64,000 bases of DNA from Callorhinchus milii (Eukaryota), in NCBI RefSeq assembly GCF_018977255.1, contig NW_024704742.1, positions 16,866,001-16,930,000 on the forward strand. Direction: 5' to 3'. Both the position numbers and the translations under genes were made by a program. Below, piece by piece: positions 1 to 13,264 of this stretch. Numbering within the stretch: position 1 is the first letter of the stretch; every line of letters starts with the position of its first letter. The notes below the pieces were generated by a model. That model was not told the DNA's origin, did not search any database, and was given only the letters and a program-made list of their open reading frames with translations.

Positions 1-169
1 TATGTGAAGGGCACTATAGTATTAACATTATGATTATTATTATTGTTATTATTATATAAATACAAGTTATTGTTGCTGTGTATTATGAGCATTAAGTCAA
101 TTAACTCCTAAATCTTTTTCAGTAAATTCAATGAAGTACATGCATCTCCTATTCTTATTTCCCATATGT

Positions 170-480
170 GCATTTTACATTTAACTGTATTAAACTTAAT
201 TTGCAAGTTATCAGCCTATGTGCATACCCTATCAAATTCTCTTTGTGAGACTTTTGCTATCTCCTGTATTTCCATAGTTGCACTAACATTATGTCATCTG
301 CAAATTTAATGTACACCAGGTCTGCAAACCGAGGTCATTAATGTACGCAAGAAACCAGAGGGTTCCCACGACAGACCCCTGAGGGACTCCACTGGATATT
401 CCCCCCATTGTGATCTGGCTCACCTCACAGTGACCCTCTATTTCCTTCTCTTCAGCTAATTCTGAATCCATGCCAATGTA
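170..480 (-). mobile_element. CR1-type LINE reverse transcriptase fragment (degraded)
   Basis: ORF 289..471 encodes SGVPQGSVVGTLWFLAYINDL, followed by a frameshifted FADD-like motif (plus strand tcatctgcaaa). Confidence 0.7.
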
Positions 481-539
481 TAATTTTTGGAAGACGGAGA
501 ACTTATTAATTACTGATCCGGGTATTTTATTGCTACATG

Positions 540-721
540 TTTAAAGATTTATAGTATTTCCAAAGATTTCACGTTGGAAAAGATTATCCGGAAAACTGTT
601 TTCCATATTAAGAATGAATTTAATAATTTTGCTAAACTGCACAATCGTAAACTTCAAGACCATAAGATCATCTTAAGCTTTAAGAACATTAAAAGTTAAG
701 ACCATGAGAAATTTGGGGCCT
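540..721. mobile_element. Copy of palindromic MITE-like family (partial, with terminus)
   Basis: Shares the arm motif TTAAGAATGAATTTAATAATTTTGCTAAACTGCACAATCGTAAACTTCA with 22054-22285 and ends in GAAATTTGGGGCC. Confidence 0.5.
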
Positions 722-1009
722 CAAGTTAGCTAATTATTAAAACACAGTCCAGTTTAGATACGGAAGGTGCCATTTTCTGTCTTGCTAAGTTTTTCTGTCA
801 CTGGACCTATATATTGCACTTTTATACAAATGCAATGTTAACATGGCAAATTATGCAGGTTTAGCTGAGTAAACTCCAGCAGCATCTTAACATACTCCCT
901 GGGATCCCAAATGTTGGTTCGTTCTTGCCAACTTGCATCTAATGTTTTCTAGAATTGGTTGAGAAGAGTGCATCCTTCTGATTTCCATTTATAGGTGGGC
1001 ATACATATG

Positions 1010-1448
1010 TAATAATCCTCATATGATATAGTGTCTTATCACATCGTTAAGAAATCTCAAAGCACTTCACAGGATATACTGTAAAAATTTGGTCTGTGTG
1101 TATTTTGTGGGAAAACATGACAACCAATTTGCAATAGCGATGTTCAACAAACACCCGTGGAGTGAGTGACCAATTTTATTTGGGGGATCGTTTGCCAGGA
1201 CACTGGAATAAATTCTCTTTTCTTTTTGAATAGTGCCATGGAATCTTTAGTATCCACCTGCACAGGCAGACAGCCTTGATTTAATGTCTCAGACAAAGGA
1301 CAAAAACTCCGACAATAAAACATCCCCTTCCATCTCTGAACTGCACTTCAGTTCAGACTAAAGGGGTTCCATATCCCGATGTGGGGCTTGAAACCAAAAT
1401 CTTCTGACTCAGAGATGAGAGAGCTATCAACTGAGCCAGGCTGACACA
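1010..1448 (-). mobile_element. Old tRNA-derived Deu-domain SINE, near full length
   Basis: The minus strand reads GTGTCAGCCTGGCTCAGTTGATAG (A box) ... GGTTTCAAGCCC (B box), then a core GAGACATTAAATCAAGG...CAGGTGGATACTAAAGATTCCATGGCACTATTC and an L2-like tail. Confidence 0.75.
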
Positions 1449-1521
1449 CAATGTGGAATTCTGCAGGTTTATCATTATAATTATTGGTTGACCCATGTTA
1501 TGGACAATGTTGCCTGTAACA

Positions 1522-1896
1522 TGTAGCTCAGTGGTTAAAGTACTCGCCTCAGAAGCGAGACAACCTGGGTTCAATTCCCGGCAGGACGAAACTTAGGACA
1601 AGTTTCCTTACTCCACACACATGGTTCTGTTTACCTAGCAGTAAGTAGGAACCCGGTTGTCAGTCGATTGGAGGATCGCTTTTTCAGGGATAATAATTCC
1701 TTCAAAAAAAATAATAATTTGGTCACTCAATCTACGATTGTTTGTGGGACACTACCTTGTGCAATTGGCTGCTGTGTTTCGCCCACAAAACACATAGTCA
1801 ATTCACTTTACAATATATTCTGTAAAGGCGCTTTGAGACATCTCAAAGACATGATAAGGCGCTCTATCAAATGCGAGGATGAATATTATTATTATT
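1522..1896 (+). mobile_element. Young tRNA-derived SINE (long subfamily)
   Basis: A box TAGCTCAGTGG, B box GGTTCAATTCC, a body shared with more than 10 copies in the window, and a (TAT)n tail. Confidence 0.85.
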
Positions 1897-2017
1897 TCAA
1901 CTCTTAGTCTGGTTTAAATAATCTTAAGCATGGAGATGGATTAGGTATGTTGTAAATTAGAGAGAATTTCAAATGAATGTTTTATACCTTATTAAGGACA
2001 TAAGATTTTAGCATTTT

Positions 2018-2068
2018 CAACTTAATATCTGATTGATGACAACTTAATATCTGATGGATGACAACTTA
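2018..2068. repeat. 22-bp tandem repeat, ~2.3 copies
   Basis: CAACTTAATATCTGATTGATGA / CAACTTAATATCTGATGGATGA / CAACTTA. Confidence 0.85.
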
Positions 2069-3104
2069 GTGGTAAGCTGAAGCCCAATGGAGCTGAAAAT
2101 GAGGTGTAATTGGGTCAGCAGTTAATGTATGTCATCACTGCCACAGAACTGTTTAAAATATCTTAATATTTGATACACCAAAGAAGAGTCTGACTGATTC
2201 CTGTAAGTACTGGTGGCATCAGATTCACACTAAATAATGTTAATTACAAATTCTGAAGCATAATAGCTGATGATCCATGCAGGTATCTTTTAACTTTGCG
2301 ATCACTGAGGAGCTGCAATATGCAAATATGTAAATTGTAGTATAACGTATTTCAAAGAGTTGAGTTTCCACTGTTCTTTTTTAAATCATCACTTATTTTT
2401 CAATATACACTTGACACTTCTTTATGGCATCATTTCTTAAAATTATAACCTTTCGTTTCTACCTGCCAAACCCCGAAGCTAATGCCTGTATCATACATGC
2501 AGTTATTTTTACTTGCACAAAACAATTGTATACAGTATTTACGACAGGTTTGAACCTGTCTTAATAAAAGGAAGGCTCCAGAGACCCATGAAAGCAGCTG
2601 CTGCACATAAATCTAAATAATCACATTTGCTGACTACCTTAGAGGTCATTAAGAACTGTCTTGTGAATTATGATGAGTGGAGGCAGATAAATCAGACCTT
2701 CATCCACTTTTAGATGCAGCAATATTCAACCTATGCTATCAAACCTTCTTCAGTTGATAGAACTGATTCATTTTCAATTGTGCTGTTTTGAAACACATGA
2801 AATATGAATAATCACCTCATAAACTTGACAGTTTTACAAATGAACAAAAGGAGGGGGAAGGGGTAGTTAAAGTTAATTATTGATCCAGTTTACATTACCA
2901 AAAAGAGCCATTTAAAATTACAGTAGTTGCTGCTTAACATCACTTATAGTTGCGTTGTTTTTATAGGCCCAAATAAACTATTCCTGATCATTAGTGAAAT
3001 CAGAATAAAAGAACAGAAACTAGGGCTTTGTAATGTATAATTTGTCCTTCATAGGCCCAGCTTGGTAACTACTGCTCCTCATTTGTCGTCAGAACCTTTT
3101 ATCA

Positions 3105-3352
3105 GTTGGACTGATACTGTTCAGGTGGACATTAAAGGGATCCCATGACATTATTCAAAAAGAGAAGGGAGTTTCTTGGCCAACAATCTCCCTGATAAAA
3201 TTGATCATTCACTTTATGGCTGCTTGTGGGACACTGCTGTGCACAAATTGGCTGCCGCATTAGCCTACTAATACATTCACTACAATTTACAAAAAACACT
3301 GTGAAGTGTTTTGAAGCGTTTCGATGTAATAAGGCACTATATCAAATACAAG
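3105..3352 (+). mobile_element. Deu-domain SINE, 5'-truncated
   Basis: TCAGGTGGACATTAAAGGGATCCCATGACATTATTC ... TGTGGGACACTGCTGTGCACAAATTGGCTGCC ... tail. Confidence 0.7.
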
Positions 3353-4495
3353 GTTCACTTACTCACCACTCTATCTATCGTTGCTCACTCTCGCAATCAC
3401 TCATTCACTCACTGGTACACAACATATTAGGTGACCATGTCATCCTTTTTTATCAGAGTAAATGAATTGTATTGATATTCAGCGGTTCTCTGCTTTATTC
3501 ATAACACATTTTAATAAGTCTAGCCAAAATTTGGACAAGTACATGAAGATTAGAAAATAGAATTGTGAATCTTTATATGCAGCACATTATGTATCCCAAT
3601 AAACAGTCAGCACTGGCTCTACATGTCCTTCAGAGGAAGGCAAGAATCATATACGAGGCACTCAGACACCTCCTGGCCTGCCTCCTGGGGCAAATCAGCA
3701 TCTGGGGCTCATGTACACCAACCTCCCTCTGCTCCACCATCTGCTGCATTCTGCCCTTCTCCATTTGCAGCTTCAAACCTGGCTGAATGGCCATTCTGTG
3801 CAGAACACAGCAAGCTTTGCCACTCTCCACCTTTACAGAGCACTAAGTATTGCAAGTTACTCCCCCATCCCCAACACAACCAATAACACCAGCCTGAACA
3901 GTGACCTAAAAACTTGCTTGGGTTTGCCAAAAGTATTAATAATTTTATCCCTTTAAATGCTGAGGCAATGAGCACAAACTCTGCTAGAAACCTGGGATGT
4001 ACAAGGGATGAATGGCATGCACCATTCCATAACCCAAATCATCCTGTAGCCACCCATCCAATCTGGACTGCTCCTCATTTCTTACACTGTGAAAGTAACC
4101 AGAATGAAAGAACGAGTCCCTTCTGGAAAATTTGAGGAGATACAGGCACCAGAAGCTTCATTTAGTCTATTTGCACTCCAGCAATTATCAGAATATAAAA
4201 ACCTAAATTAGTGAATTATGTATAATACAACCACTCCTTTTCACACGCTAAAGGGTGAAAATTCCCAGAATATTATTAAATGGTTTAGGGAGATTCTTCA
4301 AATATGTAAGAGCTGATATTCATTTAATGATTCTGAAAGTGGCCTAAAAACTACATTTTACATCATATTCCTGATTTAGATAGTAGTTTGGCTTTCTCAT
4401 CCCTCGACCAGTTTATAGAAAGTGGGTCACCTCTCACTTTGTTGATGTGATCCCTTGAGTCATCTGTCACTTTGACTGGAGTATCTTCTTCATAG

Positions 4496-4918
4496 GTATC
4501 AGCCTGGCACAGTTAGTAACACTCGCCTCCAGATCAGAAGATAGTAGGTGAAGTCACACATCGGGACTTTGAAATTACTTAACCTAGGTTGACACTACAA
4601 CGTGATGCTAGAGGCATGTTGCATTGTTGGAAATGCTGTTCTTTGGATAAGACGTTAAACCAAGGTCCCATCTGTCTGGTAAGGTGGATGTTAAAGATTC
4701 TAAGGCATTATTCAGAAAGAGAAGGGAATTTCTCTTGGTATCATGTCTGCCAATTTCCCAATTAAATTTAGTCATTTACTTCATTGCTGTTTGTGGGAAA
4801 TTGTGTGCAAATTGGCTGCAAAATATGCAGTCACTACACTTCACAGTGTACACTTCATTGTGAAACTCTTTGAGATGTCCTCCTGACTTTACCAGTGCTA
4901 TATCAATTGTAGTGATTA
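4496..4918 (+). mobile_element. Deu-domain SINE, near full length
   Basis: Head TCAGCCTGGCACAGTTAGTAACACTC; core TTTGGATAAGACGTTAAACCAAGGTCCC...AGGTGGATGTTAAAGATTC. Confidence 0.75.
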
Positions 4919-5109
4919 TAAGATATAATTCACATTTTGAGTTTTCCTGCCCTGTGTCTTCTTTTAGCACTGAAAAGGTATCTTAGCTTTTGATAACAGT
5001 GTCTAAGATTGTTTCTATTAAACAGAGTTATTTGAAAGTCTCCAAACTTTGGTTCCTCTTTTTGCAAAACTGGCATCTTCTCTCATCCCTGAACTGTTAT
5101 ATGCAGCAT

Positions 5110-6400
5110 TCCTCAGGGGGCTCCTCAGGGCTCTATCCTCGCTTCTCTCTTCTTTAACATCTACATAAGTAAGTTTCCTTACTCCACACAGAGCCTAATA
5201 ATAATCCCTCCAAAAAACCCAAAACAATAATAAATTGGTCATTTTCAATCTACGACTGTTTGTGGGACATTGCTGTGCGCAATTGGCTGCCGCGTTCGCC
5301 CACAAATATACAGTCAATTCACTTTACAGTGTGTTCTGTGAAGCGCTTTGGGACGTCCTCCTGACGTGAAAAGCGCTATATCAAATGCAAGGATTATTAT
5401 TATTATTATTATTATTACATGCTCCTACTCGGCAATGTCATCCACAGGCATAGGGATAACTTCCACAAGTATGCAGATGACACCAAATTCTTTCTCTCTG
5501 CATCCACCCTCGATTCCAAAACCACTGCTGTTCTGATCTGTCGAACATCAAGTCCTGGATGAGAGCTAATTTTCTCCAGTTTAATGTTGACAAGACTCTC
5601 CTGTTTGGCTCCCATCAACGCCTTCTCAGCTCAGGCATTGACAACATCAATCTACATGGATGCCTTCTCCTCTCATGGAGTTTGTGCCTAATCGCAGTGT
5701 CTTGTTCAACTTTCAACTGGCCTTTAAACCATACATCAGTGCTGTGACACTTTCAGTTTTCTGCCACCTCAACATTGCCCTCTTCCAGCATGACCTCTCC
5801 CCTCAGGTCAGAGAGATCCTTATTCATGGATTCATTAAGTCCAGGCTAGACAGCATCAACTCTGTTTGCCAGACTTCCCAACTCTTCCCTCCTAAAGCTG
5901 CAGACGATCCAGAATTCTGCAACTTGTGTCCTCTTCTGCACTAGGCTCAACAAGCCTATCATCCACATTCTCGCCCAGGTCCTCTGGTTTCCATCCCTCA
6001 GAGCTCAAGATTTTCATCCTAACATTTAAATCCCTCCACGGTCTTGCCCCACCCTACCAATCTGCCCACTCCCTCTGCTCAGCAGACACTGACCCACATC
6101 ACATACCCCTCCTTGTCCATCCCACTATTGGCAGTTATGTTTTCAGCCTTTCTGTTCCATCTCTCAGGAACTCCATCCCGGAGTCCCTTCACTTCACCCC
6201 TTCCCTCGCCTCCTCAATTTCCATCTCAAGACTTGCCTCTTTGACCATGGCTTCGGTCAGCTACTTCCCCCACCCCATCCCCCTTGGCTCCCAACCCTCC
6301 TGAATACAACCATTAGCTCAGGTTCACATCCACAACTGTCCAGCACCTTGGGACATCCTCCCAAGGTGAAAGGCATGATATAAATGCAAATTGTTGTTGT
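5110..6400 (+). mobile_element. L2-clade LINE, 3' part (RT to tail), interrupted by a SINE
   Basis: GAPQGSILASLFFNIY|MLLLGNVIHRH..FHKYADDT, then KSWMRANFLQFNVDKT and KIFILTFKSLHGLAPPY; ends in a stem-loop plus (TTG)n. Confidence 0.85.
5167..5415 (+). mobile_element. Young SINE (short subfamily, 5'-truncated) nested in L2
   Basis: Near-identical to the copies at 26788 and 34871; flanked by TACAT at 5162-5166 and 5416-5420. Confidence 0.9.
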
Positions 6401-6599
6401 CTTTCCCTACATTTCTTAGCCTTTCAAATGTAAATAAACTTTTGTCAAATTGGTAAAAACCTGCCTCAACTAACTAAATTATCCCAATCTTAATCCTCCT
6501 GCCTGAATCAGACTCTCTCTGAACAGAATTTTGCATTAATATATCTGTGGATCTTTGCTTGTGATATTAAGATCCTCACTTTTTGGGAGGAAGTAGTCT

Positions 6600-7260
6600 G
6601 AGATGGTAGAAGCAAAACTCCAATCAGGTACCATCCTTTTGTTTGTCAGCTGTTATTATAGGATTTTTCCTTGAGATTGCCTAATAATCCGTGTTCATGG
6701 TAGGTGATACCTGAGGTCTTTGCCTAAAATTCACAGTCACTGCACTTGAATTTACCTGTGAGGTGCTTTATTCTATTCCAACATGATAAGGTACCAAAAA
6801 TTGAAGTCCTTCTTATATAGGATTGTGCACTAATACCAAGATTCTAACATGTGAACACTCTTCGGTACTTTGGAATCTCAGCCTTCGGAATTTTCTTCCC
6901 AGGTTGGAGAAGCTGCTTTTCTTGTAGGCCTTTTAGAATTGTTCTTATACCTCGAGCCACAGTGACAAATGCCATCTGTCACTTGTTTTTTGCATTTATC
7001 AACAGAAGTCTGGCTAATTGCAATAATGTCTCCTGCAGTTGCTTTGAATGACTCTAACACACACAATATTATGGCTGCTTCACAGTTTTTGGCTGCACTG
7101 CACATATCTTCACTGTTCATCAGAAATTCACTACCAATATCGCACAGCAATTCCATTGCTTTGTCATTGTTTGGCATCCATGTCTCACGGTAAGATTCTT
7201 GCCCTATGCTCCCTCAAGTGCATTATTGCTGTCATAATGTCACTCTCCTTCCTCTGCTCT
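6600..7260 (-). pseudogene. Degraded PIF/Harbinger DNA transposase fragment
   Basis: ORF 6878..7177 contains ESFKATAGDIIAISQTSVDKCKKQVTDGI, resembling the Harbinger GSFQ..GD..GISQ.SV..C...VT.A motif. Downstream broken frames give IIRQS and GWYLIG in the expected order. Confidence 0.65.
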
Positions 7261-9027
7261 TCCCAAGGGCTCAGGTAACTCACACCGTGAGCAACATTTA
7301 TTACTGAATCCATGCTGCAGTTTTCCCAGCCACCAACTCCTGAAATACCTTGTTGTAGTCAGTGATCCAATAATCCAAGTTTCAGATGAGTCAACAAAAG
7401 ACTGCTGTTTTATTCAATTGCAAATGTGCACCCTATTGTATGTGATTTGCATGACTAATAATAATAATCCTTGCATTTGATATTGCACTTTATATCAGTG
7501 CCTACAGAACGGAGGAAAAGGGTGAGTTGGTCAGGTTTTAGAAGGTTTAAGAACACATTCAACAATTTGGCAAATTCTAGATGCTCTAAAATGCAACATA
7601 AATAGTGTAAATCTAGTCACTAATTCCTTAGTAAGGGACCAAGTCACATAAACTGAAGCTTCTTCCAGAAACCGGATGTAAGTCACACCTATCTGTGGGA
7701 ATGACACTCCAACAAGATCTATTTCCAGTGTGGTGTTCCCATGGGTCGAGAAGAATTCAAACCGGATTCCTTATTCAGGAATTCTGTTTAAGAAATAATG
7801 CAAAATAGACCCCAATTGTCACTGAATTAGATCTTATTCATCTTCTTCATAAGCACAAATTATGATGATCTTAGGTGAAACGCACTGCAGTTTAGTTAGA
7901 TCGGAATTTAAAGGCTGCATATTCAGTGCAATTTTGCATTTATCTTCCTGCCGATTTTACTGAGAGTTTCACAGCCTCTGAAGCCCATCATATTCTTGCT
8001 AAAGAATTCTCTTTGAAATTTAGGATCATTGTACCAGTTCCTTTTGGGTGTGAAGCCACAGGAACTCTTATTTATATTTACAATATCAGATTGCTTATCG
8101 CTTCATGGAATAATCTTTCTTTTCCAGTACCTGCTTTTTAACTTGTGCGTTGTGAAAGAAGTTTGATTACACAATCTAATTTGCATTGCAATAATACATA
8201 CATTGAGGTGAGATTCAAGGAAAGACAAAAGAGGATGCCATTTACCCTGAGAACAAGCTTAAAAGATTAATACAGGAATGCCTGGCCTTGAAGTAGTGCT
8301 CTCCATGTTATTTATTTTTCCATTGTGTTTTGCATTCAGACTGCATAAGCAATCCAGGATTTCCAAACTACCTGAAAGTACCTACTAAAAAAAAACTGAG
8401 CAATAGTACTGAAAATATTGTTCATTCAAGCATTAATTCTGCAGATTAATTTAATAGCTGTAGAAATGAAGATAGCAGATGCGCAGGAAGTGGTGTATCA
8501 ATCTTTGAGTAGTGCCTGGGGCAGTGCCAGAGGGATTTTGGCTGGCAGGGACTAACAAAAGAGTCAGCTTAGAGTCGTTCTGTCTACTGACAGCTGAGAT
8601 GTGTTTAAATATTAGGGATATAGAAATGTTTCATTTGAGGATTATATATAATTGTAGTAATGTCTGAAGCGAAAGGACCTGTTGTCTCCAGGAGTACTTC
8701 AAATAACATTGTTGGGAATTTAAATGTGACAGCAGGCACTCTCCCACTCCAGAGCTGTGTGATCTGCCAGATAAGTGGGCCTCAGTATTTACATTGAGAA
8801 TCACACTACCGTTCTTCAAGACACATCCTGTTTATACAATGTATTTGCACCACTGTAATTTGCAGTTATTCGGCAATGCTCCTATTTTAAAACAATTTCC
8901 TATTTTAACTATTTCTTATCTGTAATGAAGTGTGTCACCTCAAGATGTGATAAGATTTGTTTTAAACATATACAAACATGCAGACACCCTGATGTATACA
9001 GGAAAGTATAAGGATGGGGCCATTAAA

Positions 9028-9459
9028 ATAATCCTTGTATTTGATATGGTGCTTTATCACATCGAAACATCTCAACTCGCTACATAGAGATTTTCTGTGA
9101 AGTTAGTAAATGTGTATTTGTAAATGAAGGTGGCAGTCAATTGGTGTACATAAATATTTCACAAACAACCATGAAGTCAATGATCATGTTCTTTTCCTCT
9201 GGGAGATTTCTGACCACAACATCGGGAAAAACTCCCTTCTCTTTTCAAAGAGTATCATGAGATCTTCAACATCCAGCTGATTAAGCAGATGGTAGCTTTG
9301 TTTAATGTCTCATCTGAGCAAGCTCTAGCAATGCAGTTCTCCTTCCCCCAGCACTGCACTCAGCCTAGCCTCGGACCTCAAAGCTCCCGACGTGAAACTT
9401 GAACCTATAAGCTTTGCGCTCAGAGTCAAGGATGCTACCAATTGAACCAGACTGACACT
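9028..9459 (-). mobile_element. Deu-domain SINE
   Basis: Same head (plus strand GAACCAGACTGACAC), core (TTTAATGTCTCATCTGA) and tail as 1010-1448. Confidence 0.7.
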
Positions 9460-10579
9460 TAGAAATTGAGGTCTAATTTGTAATTTTCAGAGACATGGTA
9501 GAAAGTATTAACAGGAGCCTCGTCAGTTATCCAAAGAAAGTCCAAAGAAAGGCCAGAGAAACCAAACAAATGGCCCTAGTTGAGATAATATTTTTCCCAT
9601 ACTTTGGCAGTTTTCAAACGTTCTAAATAGCACTCCCCACTCATTTTGGGAATATCACAGATTCTACTCAACGTTCTCAATCACATTCTGCCCATAAAAA
9701 TCATGGTGTCTGCATGCTCATTGCTGTTGGTCACCAATCTGGATCAAGGAATCTTAGAATGTTACAATGCAGAAACATGCCATTTGGCCCATTAAGTCTG
9801 AGTCTGTGGTTTTCTCCAGTCAAACTCTTTGCTGTTTTTTGACAGCTTTCATTGTGTTTTAGTTTCTTTCCTGACGTGAAAGGCGCTTTATAAATGGAAT
9901 CTTGTTGTTGTTGTTGTTGTTGTTGTAGTTTAACTTTGCCCAATGTTACACAATTTGAGATAGTGTTAAATCCTGTAAAATTTGCTCCTCTGTGTAGCAT
10001 AGCCCATGGATTTTGGTTGTGTGAATTTCGAGTTGAAGCTGCTAATTTATTTCTTATGACTTGCATGTGCAGGTATTATGGCACATCTTCCAACGCAAAA
10101 TGGATCTTTTTCTTTTTAAATCCCTCCTAAAACTTACCTCTTCAACTGTGTTTTCAGTCACTTTCATGCCTGTTTGTGGGACACTGCCATGTGCAATTGA
10201 CAGCCGCAATTGAACAACATTTCATCCACAAAATATACAGTTAATTCACTTCACAGTATATTCTGTGAAGCATTTGAGACATCTTGAAGATGTGATCAGG
10301 CGCTATATCAATTGCAGGATTTTTATTATCCCCTTCTTCGAACATTATTTGGCAATCCACACCATGCCTAAAGTATTTTGAAACATTATCCTACGTGAAA
10401 GGCATTGCACAAGTGCAATTTATAATCATGTGCATAGACCTCATCTAACTGTTACTCTAGGCCTATTTCTGAGCTCTGGGTCCTGCTGTGATTTAGTCCT
10501 CTGACCCAGTGGGAGCTTCATTTCATCCTCTGGACCATATAGCACCCACAAGGCACTTAATATATATGACCATGCTTTT

Positions 10580-10601
10580 TCTCTCTCTCTCTCTCTCTCT
10601 C
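10580..10601. repeat. (CT)n microsatellite
   Basis: About 10 CT units. Confidence 0.9.
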
Positions 10602-10714
10602 ACACTGTCACTGTCTTACACTTGTCTAGCCTCTAGCTTATCTCAGCCTCAGCTGCTCCTGAGCATAATAGGTCCCTGATGTTTCAGCTTTACCCATTGG
10701 TGCAGTGAGAACTG

Positions 10715-11275
10715 TGGTAGGTGACACAACCAGGAGGTAATGCTAAACTTATATAAATTGTTAGTTAGAATATTGTGTTGAGTATTCATCACCACACTTT
10801 AAGCAAGATGTCAAAGAGAGAGTGGGTGCAGAGAAGTTTTACTAATATGATACCGGCTTTTTTGCCTATGAGTGGAGACTTGAGGAACAGAGACTTTTTT
10901 TTGCTGATACAAAGAAGGTTGAGGGGTGACCTGATAGAGGTCTTTAAAATTATGAGGGCTTTTGATGGAGTCAATAGCAGAAAATTATTTCTACAGGTCG
11001 GTGAGTAAGTAATTAGAGGGTATTAATTTAAGATAGTTTTTAAACAAGCAATGAGAGGTTAGGATATGGAATGCTAGCTGGGTTTGAGGAAGAATGCATA
11101 TTGGCTTTCAAGAGGGAGTTAGATAAATACCTTAAAAAGAGTCAGCTACAGGGTTATGAGGAAAGGGCAGGTAAATGGGATTGAAAGGATTGCTCTTGAG
11201 GGAGCCAGCACAGACACAATGGGATAAATAGACTTCTTCAGTGCCGTAAATTACTATAGTGCTATGGTTCTAACT
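10715..11275 (+). mobile_element. CR1 LINE 3' end
   Basis: EWVQRSFTNMIP and RRLRGDLIEVFKIMRAFDGV, followed by a CR1-type 3' UTR. Confidence 0.8.
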
Positions 11276-12659
11276 ATGTGACAATGTATTTATTTTCAAG
11301 GATCATGTTGTTATATACTGAAAATGGAACTTCACTTAAAACATCACGTGTTACCCCAAAGAGGGGCAGTTCAAGTTGAAATGTTATAATATATTAATAG
11401 GTGTTAAGTACAATTAAATAATTATTTTACCCACAAAATAAAAATCTGTTCTTAAAGGTCTATTTTACATGTCAATTATTTTTAACAATAAACTCCTGAT
11501 AACTTGTTACTCCAATGGAAAAGGGCTCAGTGGAGAGTTATCTGGAGTGGCATGTTAGGTATACATATAAATACAGAAATAAATGCAGCCAGGATATTGA
11601 CAGTATGATGACAAGTGATAGTGACAAGTTAAGCCAAGGTCGAGGTATCAGGAGCTTAATGTACACAGTCATTACACTTTACAAATATCCTGTGAAGTAC
11701 CCTCCCTTGGAGTCATCCTCCCAATGTAAAAGACACTCTATCAGATGTAAGGATTATCGTTATAAAATAATGTTGCTGAAAGCTGTTGAAATTATGGTGC
11801 CTGTGATTGATTTTCTTCTTGGAGTCGGGGCAGGCTGAAAAGGAAATCAAAGTACTATTTTTTTAAAAATAACTGTTTTGTTCATTCTTTTAATCAAGAA
11901 GAGATCATGTCATTTCATGCAGTGGAGCACTTGCGCATTTCAGCAGCTCAGTTTTTTAAGCTCAACAAATAAATGACGTGAACAATAGACTTTGCACTCC
12001 CCTGCTTTATCTCCAGTTAACTTCTTCTGGTGAATAAAACCTTTTACAGGAGCTGACATAATATGGTCTGATAAGGTTCATTGGCTCAAGGGCAAAAATC
12101 AATCAGTGCATGGTCAATAGAGGGATTACTTCTTTGTAGGAGGGAGAGAAAGAAAGCATGGCATTCAAATGCACTATACTGAACCAGTGACAGATAAGGA
12201 TGGAAAGCATGAGTGCCTATGTTTTTTTCTCTTTCAGTTATCTTTCACTTGCTACCTCCTTCGGAGCTAGGTTTTAATCTGTGAGAATTGTCAGCATTAC
12301 TAAAGCATCCTTCAATTGACATTGATTCTAGAAGAAGCGAATGAAAACCTTGTCTGTTCCGTCACCAGGTGAGAGAGCGACTGTGATTCTGTCAACAGAC
12401 AATTGACATTTTGCCCCGTGCTTGTTTCTCTACAATCTTACTCTTCTCACTCATCCATCAATGGTAATGCATTCAGACTGATAAGCACTAAACCTATTTG
12501 TCTATTTGGTTGTGGTTCATTCAAGGTTTATGTATATTCCCTGACCCTCTAATGGTGAGCACTGCCTTGTTGCATTGCTCATGCAGTTATGCCATCGTAG
12601 GACTGATTTGAAGCAAAAAGAACCAGCAATGAATTTAACTTTAAAAGAGCCAACAACTG

Positions 12660-12970
12660 GCCCTTGGTTAACGTGCTTGTCGCGAGCCTAAGGCGGGGCA
12701 AAACCTTAGGCAAGTTTCATTACTCCACACACATCTATTTACCTAGCAGTAAGTAGTTGATTGGCGGATCGCTTTCTGTAGGTAATAATCCCTCAAAAAA
12801 AATTGGGTCACTTAATCCACGACTGTTTGTGGGACACTGTTGTGCATAATTGGCTGCCATGTTACACCCACAAAATACAGTCAACTCACTTTACAATATA
12901 TTCTGTGAAGCACTTTGAGATGCCTCAACAGCTTAGTAAGGACCTATATCAAACAAAATAATTATTATTG
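12660..12970 (+). mobile_element. Young SINE, diverged copy
   Basis: CCTTAGGCAAGTTTCATTACTCCACAC...GACTGTTTGTGGGACACTG...tail. Confidence 0.8.
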
Positions 12971-13264
12971 TAACTTAGTAAAATTGGTACAGACCAACAT
13001 TGTTATACAAACATTTAGTCAGCAAACCTGTCATACAGAAATGTGTAAATGAATACCAAAAAACAATTACACAACCATGAGAGAAATTAGATGCTGCGAC
13101 AAAATATGTTCAAAAATATACGGTGGATAAAATAAAAATAAGTGAGCAGCCCAGATGATCTATTTGATAAAGGTGCTGCTTACTCTTCACTGGTCTAAAA
13201 TGTGTTTGTTGATCTCAGCTGGAAAGCTAAATTGGCCCTGATCTTCCCTGGATGATGGAGGTTA

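Noticed and set aside
3600..3900. GC-richer block with overlapping ORFs, possibly a Harbinger N-terminus or an exon
   Set aside because: No diagnostic motif or convincing splice-site pair was found by eye.
9731..10130. PolyQ / polyC ORFs
   Set aside because: They derive from the (TTG)n tail of an isolated L2 3' end.
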